A program made the translations under genes and the position numbers. Below are positions 55,501-64,000 of a DNA stretch of 64,000 nucleotides, in pieces (position 1 is the first letter of the stretch; each line of letters starts with the position of its first letter). The notes beneath the pieces are model-generated. The model saw only the letters and a program-made list of their open reading frames with translations, was not told the origin of the DNA and searched no databases. This DNA comes from Aplysia californica (Eukaryota): contig NW_004797915.1 of the NCBI RefSeq assembly GCF_000002075.1, positions 146,815 through 210,814 of the forward strand, written 5' to 3'.

Positions 55501-56951
55501 GTGTTTTTAGTTATGTTCGTTCTCTTACAGGGGTTTATTGTCAGAGCCAGGCCATAGGTGGGATTGAGTCAAGTGCATCCAATCTTGTGCTTTATATGTA
55601 GGATTTTTACTTCTCGGTGCTTACACCTGAAGATTTGTCTTTCGTTTTTTGACACAACAGTTTACACGTTAGATCACACATTAATTTATTTGTTTCGGGG
55701 CACCAGGGTATATGGAGTCCAGCCCAGGAGAATGATAGCGTTGTTTTTGGTAGCAACTGGTATCGGGAATAACAGTAGTTTTTTTGTTGTTTTTTTGGTA
55801 CCGAGTGCCTGATGTTCAGGTCAGCCCTCTATGGACTGTCTACTCTTTTAGCAGGTTATGTGATGTTTATTGAAGTACATTTTTATTGGGTTTTTTTGCC
55901 TTGTGAACATATTAGTTTCTGTTCTTTTGATCTATCTGTACTGTCTGACCTTCAGTGTTGGTGTGTGGGCCATGTGAACGTTTCAGCTAATTTTGTATAG
56001 TAAACAATTTGGTTGGCGGGTGCTCTGGTGTGGTTTGCTTCTTCTTTCCTATGAAATATCTATCATCCTTATCTCCCCCTTCTTCTTTTTTATGTTTGTT
56101 ACTCTCTTGTAACACCTCTAATCTTCTGGCGGTCATATGACCTTATGCAGTTGCAAGCGCCGTAAAACCTCTACTAAAACGAAACTAAGTAAACAATTTG
56201 GATATGGAGGTGTGTGAAAAGCTTTTTTTCTCTTCCCAGAAATATAACTTGAACACAGAGTTTGTTTGTTGTTTGGTTTTTTCCCTGATGTTGGTTTCTG
56301 TAACAGTTTTCTAGTGTCTTGGCAATCGATGATGCTAAAAAAATAAGCATGTATTACCTTACTTTTGAACGTGGTGAAAACTTTACTGAGATTGCCAACT
56401 CTGCAAACTGGGTTTGATTTGTGATGAAACTTTTCTTAAATTATCTTCAGCACTAATATGACCTTGTTATAGTGCAGTTGCTGTAAAAACACTTGCACCA
56501 AAAAAAACAACCCAAGTGGGTGGTTGGCAGGTGCTCTGGTGTGGTTTGCTCCTTCTTTCCTATCAAACATCTATCGTTCTTATCTCTCCTTTTTTCCTGT
56601 TTGTTACTCTCTTGTAACACCTAGTCTTCTGGGGCTCATATGACCTTATTCAGTTGCGAGCGCCGTAAAACCTCTATTAAAAAGAAAAACCCAAAAAACT
56701 TGTCCTGTTCCGCTGTCTGTGGGGCTGTGTGAACAGGTCAGTAGAGCTAGATCTAACGTTTGTTTGTTTGTCTCCATCAGGTGTTGTGTCTGGCTGTCTG
56801 TGTCGGCCACGTGGACATGTCGGCTGAGGAGCTGTACCAGAACATTACCCTGGCCATCAACTTCCTGGTGTCTCTGCTCAAGAAGAACTGGCAGAACGTC
56901 CGTGCCCTCTACATCAAGAGCACCATGGGACCTGCTGAGAAAATCTTCTAA
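49562..56951 (+). CDS. RPL10A: 60S ribosomal protein L10a (uL1), complete spliced CDS, 5 exons, 218 aa
   Basis: Exons 49562-49566 (ATGAG|gtgtgt), 52964-53122, 54014-54162, 55025-55197, 56781-56951 (sum 657 nt). Protein [18 protein letters not shown]...[38 protein letters not shown]...[32 protein letters not shown]...[19 protein letters not shown]...[30 protein letters not shown] is clearly L10a. Confidence 0.97.
50347..50724. repeat. Long imperfect inverted repeat (foldback) in RPL10A intron 1
   Basis: AGGAGTTCCGCAGA / TCTGCGGAACTCCT outer arms; ACTCAAAATATCCCCTCTTTT / AAAAGAGGGGATATTTTGAGT inner arms. Confidence 0.8.
52739..52862. repeat. 48-bp tandem repeat in RPL10A intron 1 (also 51613-51768 across the gap)
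   Basis: TCCACTGTACTCTCTCTCATAGTGGTCGCTTATTACGGAAGTCCTCTC. Confidence 0.9.
52964..53122 (+). CDS. RPL10A: RPL10A exon 2
   Basis: Polypyrimidine tract plus cag acceptor; TKINRDSL...KDKRFAGTV; donor AA|gtaatg. Confidence 0.96.
54014..54162 (+). CDS. RPL10A: RPL10A exon 3
   Basis: [49 protein letters not shown]; cag acceptor and gtatgt donor. Confidence 0.96.
54253..54332 (+). ncRNA. Intronic box C/D snoRNA, SNORD45/U45-like guide for the 18S rRNA site equivalent to human Um172 (copy 1, RPL10A intron 3)
   Basis: Perfect 9-bp terminal stem TTGGCAATC/GATTGCCAA; box C ATGATGC (54263), guide GCATGTATTA (antisense to conserved 18S UAAUACAUGC) before a degenerate D' CTTA, C' GTGGTGA (54305), box D CTGA (54320). 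Confidence 0.85.
55025..55197 (+). CDS. RPL10A: RPL10A exon 4
   Basis: [58 protein letters not shown]; donor AAG|gtttgt. Confidence 0.96.
56013..56187 (+). mobile_element. ~175-bp retroposon copy in RPL10A intron 4
   Basis: 14-bp TSD AGTAAACAATTTGG (55999-56012, 56188-56201); ends TACTAAAACGAAAC. Confidence 0.85.
56319..56398 (+). ncRNA. Intronic box C/D snoRNA, SNORD45-like (copy 2, RPL10A intron 4)
   Basis: Identical to copy 1 across all 80 nt while the co-duplicated flanks have diverged. Confidence 0.85.
56781..56951 (+). CDS. RPL10A: RPL10A exon 5 (terminal)
   Basis: [11 protein letters not shown]...[16 protein letters not shown]. Confidence 0.96.
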   Translation: MLCLAVCVGHVDMSAEELYQNITLAINFLVSLLKKNWQNVRALYIKSTMGPAEKIF

Positions 56952-56970
56952 GTCTTGTGGCCATGAAGTT

Positions 56971-56976
56971 AATAAA
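56971..56976 (+). terminator. RPL10A polyadenylation signal
   Basis: AATAAA 20 nt after the stop codon, followed by a T/GT-rich tract near 56995-57025. Confidence 0.8.
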
Positions 56977-59115
56977 AGATTAAAAAATGAATTGCTATTT
57001 TTGTCGTTTATATTTTTACTTGTTAGAAATCCCTTCCTTTTCTCTTATGCAGTTGCAAGCACCGTAAAACATTGCTAAAACAAACATTTCCATTCTACTT
57101 CTGTCTGTCGCCATTGTTGGGACACAAATTAAAAACGTTCTCATTTCAAATTATTTAGAAGTTAAGGTTGACATCTGATGTGTGGTGGGTGAGTGGCTGG
57201 AGGGCGTCACCGGCAAAAATAATCCAACTTCTTTTCTTTTCCTGTCTTACCTTTTTCCAGCACTAAATGGCCATTATCATGTCTTTGCGCCTCTCTTTAC
57301 TCTAAACTTGTCATCTCTGCTCACAAGTTCTTGTTTATGTGTATTATTTCTTTACCCCAGCCTTGCAAGAAGCCCTTGTCTGAAATTAGCTAAAATTGTC
57401 TTACGGTGTGGCATGTATTGAAATAGTGAAACTAGAGAACTGTAAATGATTATCTTGAAATTGAAAGTAGTGAAAGCTGGCGTGCTGACAATATTCTTGT
57501 TGCAGAATGAATAACCACCCCCAACTTTCGGATATGAACCCATGGGTGGTCTACAGTTTATTCTGTAGACTTTCGTTTGCGCCTGTACCTTGAAAAGCAC
57601 CATTTGTAGACGCATTCTTTTGAAGGTAAATCATATGTTCTCTGTTAGGAAAACCTACAGAGGAGAAAACCTGGTGTGAGGTTCCTGTATTTGATTACAG
57701 TTGTGGTAAAGCAGTGTCCAAACTTGTAACCAGCAGGTTATCATTATCATGCAAGTCTACCTTGTCTGGGATTGAAAAAAATTATAATTCTTGGCAAAAG
57801 TAGATTTCACATTGCAGTGCAGTGGTAAATCGAACGTTTTAAAAGATATTAATGGTGTTGTTTCTACACCCTAATCGACATGATCTAGATCATATATGAA
57901 GCAGGCATTGACACCGCTTAGGATACACAATATCCAGAGCAGAAAGAGCAAGATACTTGATAAAAATTCTTCCCACATGGGAATTGAACTTTGGTCTTCT
58001 GGTTTTTGTAGTAGTTTTAGTACTAGATCTGGTAAAGTTTTATGTGCAGTGACACGGCCGAAGTGCCTAATTGACAATTGCTACATCACAGGCGCCAGTA
58101 AGTTTTGTAAGATGCCGAATGCTTTGGAATGACTGGAGCTTTGTAAGTTACGAGGAATGACATTTTTAAAGTAAAAAGTGATCAGAGCATACATGTCTTA
58201 GATTTATGGGGGACGGTCTTCTGTTGCTCATTACTGGTGCAAGTATGCCAGGGAACGCCATTTTAGTAATAGTATAGTGGGTACAATTTATAAGTCACTG
58301 CTAAACTATACATGTAACTTGTAACAGGATTCATCAAGCTATAGCAGGCGTATCTGAACTTATATAATAACCCTTGAGTCTGGTCTCTTACTCCCCACAC
58401 ATGCTTAGCTATAACTATACTAAAAACTATAACAGTGGTCCAGCTCCAACCATTGACAAAATCCTATTGATGAAAACACGAGACAGCAGAAAGTTGAGAA
58501 AGAAGGAACCTATGAAACGAAGTGACACAGTGTCCATCACAAGGCAAATTGCATCTGCATGGTCTACAGTAGGCCTTAGCATTAGCTGGATGCATCTTAT
58601 ATATATGTGTTGTTGATGCAAAGTCGGTCAACAATGATGACTTAAGTTAGTGTGGCCTTGGTCAGGTAGCAAATCATTCATCTTCATGTACATGGTAGCC
58701 TAGCCTACATGTATTGAGTATTGTCTCCACGTCTGGTGGTCAAACTTGGGAATTATGATTGAAAGAAAAGAAGGCACTGGGCACTTGATCTATTGTCTAT
58801 AGTACATGATAATACTATAATAGGATTCAGCTATATACAAGTATATAATATATATATATATATCACATCGGTCCCAGCAGTCGTGTTATAGTTATAGCTC
58901 GGGCCATCAGAGCCTACTTGCGTTGTGTAGTAGTAGTAGTAGTAGGGTTAAGTGGTAGTAGTCACAAGTGACAAAGTACTCCATGTGTGTGTGTAGTGAC
59001 ACGTGGGCTCAGCATGATCGCTATCGTGACATCGTCTCAACATCATTCATACTTCTGAACAGAACAGAGGAGGGAAGTCCACCTAATGATACAGAACCAG
59101 CATCTCGTTATTTAA

Positions 59116-59351
59116 CCCTATCCGTACGTCGTGTTTTACTATCATATCCATACGACGTGGGGAACTCTGTGCCACCACTTCCAAAGAGGAAATTTACTCA
59201 TCCAATCTGTATGCTTTGCATAGCAGTCTGTCAAAATGATTTTTTGAGAAATACTGGAAAGTTTCAAAGAGATCTTCGTACTGGAAGTATTCTTAAATGT
59301 GAAGAAAACAACCCTGAGGATATAAAATGACCCCAGGGCGTACGGATAGGG
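59116..59351. mobile_element. piggyBac-type MITE, same family
   Basis: TTAA-CCCTATCCGTACG...CGTACGGATAGGG-TTAA with perfect 13-bp TIRs. Confidence 0.88.
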
Positions 59352-60151
59352 TTAAGAAAGGTCCTACTTGGTTTCGACANNNNNNNNNNNNNNNNNNNNN
59401 NNNNNNNNNNNNNNNNNNNNNNNNNNNNNNNNNNNNNNNNNNNNNNNNNNNNNNNNNNNNNNNNNNNNNNNNNNNNNNNNNNNNNNNNNNNNNNNNNNNN
59501 NNNNNNNNNNNNNNNNNNNNNNNNNNNNNNNNNNNNNNNNNNNNNNNNNNNNNNNNNNNNNNNNNNNNNNNNNNNNNNNNNNNNNNNNNNNNNNNNNNNN
59601 NNNNNNNNNNNNNNNNNNNNNNNNNNNNNNNNNNNNNNNNNNNNNNNNNNNNNNNNNNNNNNNNNNNNNNNNNNNNNNNNNNNNNNNNNNNNNNNNNNNN
59701 NNNNNNNNNNNNNNNNNNNNNNNNNNNNNNNNNNNNNNNNNNNNNNNNNNNNNNNNNNNNNNNNNNNNNNNNNNNNNNNNNNNNNNNNNNNNNNNNNNNN
59801 NNNNNNNNNNNNNNNNNNNNNNNNNNNNNNNNNNNNNNNNNNNNNNNNNNNNNNNNNNNNNNNNNNNNNNNNNNNNNNNNNNNNNNNNNNNNNNNNNNNN
59901 NNNNNNNNNNNNNCTCTAAAGTACATGTAATAATACTGATGACAGGAAACAAAATAGTAGGCCTACCTACCATGTATGAGCATAGATTTTTAGTGCACCA
60001 ATTCTTGCAAAATTACTGGCCACACATTCAAAGTCTTCACTCGTTTTCACACAGCACAACACATTTGACTGCTGCATATACAATATCCTAGTCCTACTCA
60101 GGTACAAAAGCTTATCAATTTAAATATTAAATGAACACAAACCATTCCAGT

Positions 60152-61163
60152 AAATGTGAAGCGTGCTGACAAAATGAGTTTTTTCTCGGATTTGAGCCAA
60201 ATGGAAATAGATACATCACTCTTATGGGTGAAGTTTTCACAAAGTATAGGACAGGTATAAAATAATAAAGGAAGAGTCTCCCGAGACCAGAATCCTCGTC
60301 TGCGGAGACACCCAGTCTAGGGGGACCATGAAAACATTTTGCTTTTCGCATGCATGACCACACGAATCATTTCCTTCTGCTTCCAAGTGTTGTCATTTCG
60401 TTTTCCCAAAATGGCGGGGATGGTTGCATCGGTGGCAATCGAGACATAAAAGTAAAAGTAAAAGACAAGATGCAATCTAGATCAAGGCCTAGTACAGGCT
60501 GGCTGAATGGTGAAACATACAAGTACACCAAAAATATACATGTAATTGAACTTCGTAATCTGGCGTTAAATAGCGTTCCCCACGTGAAATGTTCAAATTT
60601 TGGGTCGCCGATCACGAAAATCTTTATTTTTATTTGGATAATATTTTGGAAATTTTTGGAAAGTATATTTAACTTCGTCATGGCACCGGATCAGTCCTGT
60701 CCTAGTGCTGTATCAGTTTTGACACACAAGAAATCCATGGTGGGACAGGACAGTCCTGTCCGAGACAAGAATGTTGTAGTGTGGTAGTAGCCTTATTCAT
60801 CTCTCTCTTTCTCTCTCTCTCTCTCACCCACTCTCTCTTCCCCTCTTTCTTTCTTTTTTTCTCACTTCCTTTTTGTCTGTCTGTCTTTCATTTGCTCTCT
60901 CTCTCTCTATATATATATATATCTCTCTCTCTCGAGATCTCTCTCGGATAAATAACTCACCCAGGTTTTGAAAGAAAAGACCACCTTTTTAATCTCCGAG
61001 GACTGGTCCCCCTAGACTCTTCCAATAATAAAAGGCATGTTATACTTTAAAGAATAAGACATCAATAGAAAATCTACAAATTTGACCCTAGTGTCGATTT
61101 TTGGTCAACATTCCCATTCATGGATTGCGAGAAGAAACTCATTTTGTCAGCACACCTCACAAA
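60152..61163. mobile_element. Probable MITE/foldback element with ~35-bp inverted ends
   Basis: GTGCTGACAAAATGAGTTTTTTCTCG versus CGAGAAGAAACTCATTTTGTCAGCAC. Confidence 0.5.
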
Positions 61164-61392
61164 TGTACACACATTCTATTTCTAATTCTATCAGTTATTC
61201 CATATTGACAAAGATGGGTTATTTGCACGTCTGCTCCATCGCTCCTGTTCCCGGTCATCATCCACACCGGCTAACACATCTCCCATCGCTGAAGCGGCCA
61301 TCTGGAAGTTGTGGACATGATACAATTAGGTAGGGGTCCACACTACAAGAATTCATGTACAGTAGTAAAAGAGTTACCAAAGTTGTTTAATA

Positions 61393-62321
61393 CAGTAGTC
61401 TCTGCCTAAGATCCTACCGCTTACGATCCTGATTCGCTTAAGATCCCGTTGTTTTAGGAAAACATAATTTTTACTTCATAGAAGTCACCCCTAAGATCCC
61501 GCTCTGATGGTCTACATTCGGCTAAGATCCCGCATTTCAGATAATTTGCAAAACAAAAACCTAGGCGGGCACAGCCGATCAACCAAGAGTGAAAAGTTAA
61601 GATCAATAAACTGTCCGTCGCGTCAAAGATCAGCCACTATCGTGAATGTGATCACATACACGTTGTAAAACTCGATGAAGCGATACAATGTTTGCTCCAG
61701 ATGGGATCACACCGGGGTGTGAACTGACCGACTTGTTTGTTTTCCCCACACATCGTACTCACACCTGAGCTCTCCCCCTAAACTTGCATCACTCGCTGGG
61801 TGGGTAGGGCCTACACGTTCGCTCCAGGCGGGATCACATCAAACCGTGAACTCTTCCCTGACCATTGCAGCAGTTGTCTCTGCTCCCGAATTTTCGACAC
61901 AGACTGAATTTTAATTGATGTGTTCACAACGTAATGGTGTGTAACGACAAAGGCGGTTTGGGGGGGAGGGGAGGACTCGGTCAGAGATGGAAAGCTATAC
62001 ATTTTCGACAGGTAAAGGGGAGGGGCAACTGGATAAGCGTAGATCTTGAGACTCATGATAGGATAATAAGTGAAAATAGTACGCCTCATGCCACTATGCA
62101 CCGTGATAGGTCATCAAGGTTAACCACTCTTTGCTCGCCATAAACCCACCAAGGGGGTACGTCAGTTCATTGTGGAGTGGAGGGAGAACATTTTACCGAA
62201 TGTGAGCCTTAACATGGGTCACCATAGATTCTTCCCTGGGTTCGTCGGTTAAGATCCCGGTTCGCCTAAGATCCCGCATTTCCTTGCTCCCGAGCACCGG
62301 GATCTTAGGCGGAGACTACTG
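61393..62321. mobile_element. Tc1/mariner-pogo-type non-autonomous element (TA TSD)
   Basis: TA-CAGTAGTCTCTGCCTAAGATCC...GGATCTTAGGCGGAGACTACTG-TA with internal TAAGATCCC repeats; related ends at ~47680-47800 and from 63928 to the window end. Confidence 0.82.
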
Positions 62322-62326
62322 TAGTA

Positions 62327-62491
62327 CAGTGCAGCCTCTACAACCTTCTGTATAGCGACATGGTGCCCAGGTCCTGATTTTTTTCTTGATATACCATTAG
62401 TAATATTTTTGGTAGCCTCTCTATAACGACATCTCTCTTTTACGACATTTTTTTCAGTTCCCGCCAATGTCGTTACAGAGAGGCTACACTG
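62327..62491. mobile_element. Small Tc1/pogo-type MITE (TA TSD)
   Basis: TA-CAGTGCAGCCTCT...AGAGGCTACACTG-TA. Confidence 0.78.
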
Positions 62492-63615
62492 TAATAGACA
62501 TTACTACATCTAAGGAAAACAAACACAATAAATCAATAAAAGTTCTTTATACAGTTGACTACAGATGATGAGTTGATTTCATCAGGGGAGAGACAAAAAG
62601 ATCAACTCATCCGAAGTTCCAACAAAAATAAATGTACAACATGTAATTAAATCGACAGCGAATTACCCTAAAGTAAAAGTTGATCAGTAGAATTTTCTAA
62701 AATGTTGACTTGGCTTTTTTGGGCACCAGAGCCCAATTTTTGGTAAAAAGTAAAAAAGGACCGGCTCAAGGCATGCGGACAGACAGGACCTGAAGCATTC
62801 TATAGAAACAGACTTTAAATGTATGTAACAAATGAGATTGCCATCATTATGTTTTGATTTTAGTAGAGGTTTTACGGCGCTCGCAACTGCATAAGGTCAT
62901 ATGAGTGCCAGAAGATTTGAGGTGTTACAAGAGAGTAACAAACATAAAAAAGAAGGAGGGGAGGTAAGGAGGATAGATGTTTGGTAGGAAATAAGGAGCA
63001 AACCACACCAGAGCACCTGCCAACCACCCACTGCCCTCCTTAGCCCCAGCATATTTTTAGGACAACAGTATGCTTATCCCAGCTAGTTGCACTCTCAATC
63101 TCATAAGGTAGCAGTCAAAGAAATAAAGGTGCAAATTTTTCCCATGTCATTAAAGTAAAGTTAAAAGAAAAGGCTGTAACAACATAATATGAGTTGTTGA
63201 ATTGGGGAGGTTAATTAAATAAGTGAAAAAGAAGCAGGGTCCCAAAGAAGTAACCTAAAAAAACCATGAGAGAGTTAACTGAGCTAGCCAAAGACAAACC
63301 AGTACCGTACTTCAAATACTACAAAGTCAATGGAGTTGGTTCGCAAGAGCCAATTTTGCGGCAGAAATAATTTTGTTACTATGGACAAGCAATCAAAACT
63401 GAATGCGACTGCAGAGAGCGAAGAATATTTTTAAAAATTCCTCTGTTATTTTAACACTTTGCAGTCACACAGCCAGCAGTACAAAACACCCCATCTGGTC
63501 ACCCAGCCAGGAGAGTGAACGTAACGGACTTCTCGGGCCTGGCGCAAAACTGCGCCAAGTGACTGGAACGGATAATTTTCACCGGCGCATGATGGCACCA
63601 AGTGACTGCAAAGTG

Positions 63616-63768
63616 TTAATAATAGCCTACTATTGATTTCCATTCTATACGTACTACGTTTGCCTCCTGGCGCTCCTGACTAATGTTGTCATTGAAGATA
63701 TAGGCAGAACCAGGTCTGGAGAATTCTAACACATCTCTTGACGGTATAGATGGGTCATCTTTAGAAAC
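63616..63768 (-). CDS. Probable last coding exon of an unidentified gene extending beyond the window
   Basis: Acceptor ttgtttcag| at 63768; only the phase-0 frame stays open: VSKDDPSIPSRDVLEFSRPGSAYIFNDNISQERQEANVVRIEWKSIVGYY*. No family recognised. Confidence 0.4.
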   Translation of the reverse strand, partial: VSKDDPSIPSRDVLEFSRPGSAYIFNDNISQERQEANVVRIEWKSIVGYY

Positions 63769-64000
63769 CTGAAACAATTGATATAATAGTATTAATAGCA
63801 AGTAAAGATGTAAGTCTTGCCACCAATAAATGAATGAATGACAAGAAATTTTTTTTAAAAGTTGAAGGGATGTCCCAGGGCAGGGGTACATGGTGGCCTC
63901 TCATAAGACAGTCTTTAAAAATATATACAGTAGTCTCCACCTTAAATCCCGGTGCTCGGGAGGAAGGAAAATGAGGGATCGGACCACAACCCTGAACCCT

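Noticed and set aside
51543-60091. Long ORFs spanning N runs (51543-52379, 59264-60091)
   Set aside because: Their length comes from translating gaps as X.
62567-62611. Hammerhead or SECIS candidate (CTGATGA on minus, in a GATGAGTTGAT/ATCAACTCATC hairpin)
   Set aside because: No stem II plus GAAA core and no SECIS geometry; only an 11-bp inverted repeat.

Overview
AT-rich, intron-rich metazoan genomic DNA from a draft scaffold with five N gaps. The repeat style suggests an invertebrate such as a mollusc, but the taxon cannot be fixed from this window. Two housekeeping genes lie head-to-head about 4 kb apart. On the minus strand is a complete USP47 deubiquitinase gene: 34 coding exons, ATG 43056 to TAG 11326, 1574 aa by my exon sum, with a probable non-coding first exon near 45308-45450. 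On the plus strand is a complete RPL10A/uL1 gene: 5 exons, 49562-56951, 218 aa, with a TCT/5'TOP start. RPL10A introns 3 and 4 each carry an identical 80-nt box C/D snoRNA whose guide matches the 18S Um172 site (SNORD45-like), and intron 2 holds an unexplained multi-hairpin segment. A probable terminal exon of a third, minus-strand gene lies near 63.7 kb. The rest is dense with mobile DNA: about 20 copies of a ~175-bp TSD-flanked retroposon with covarying stems, tRNA/CORE SINEs, L2 and RTE LINE fragments, and piggyBac-, Harbinger-, Tc1/pogo-, hAT- and P-like MITEs. The most notable oddities are the USP47 stop codon repeated six times in frame behind an LEVD C-terminus, tandem repeats that copy splice junctions, and the co-orientation of the retroposon with its host genes. 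Two duplications flanking N gaps look like assembly artefacts.
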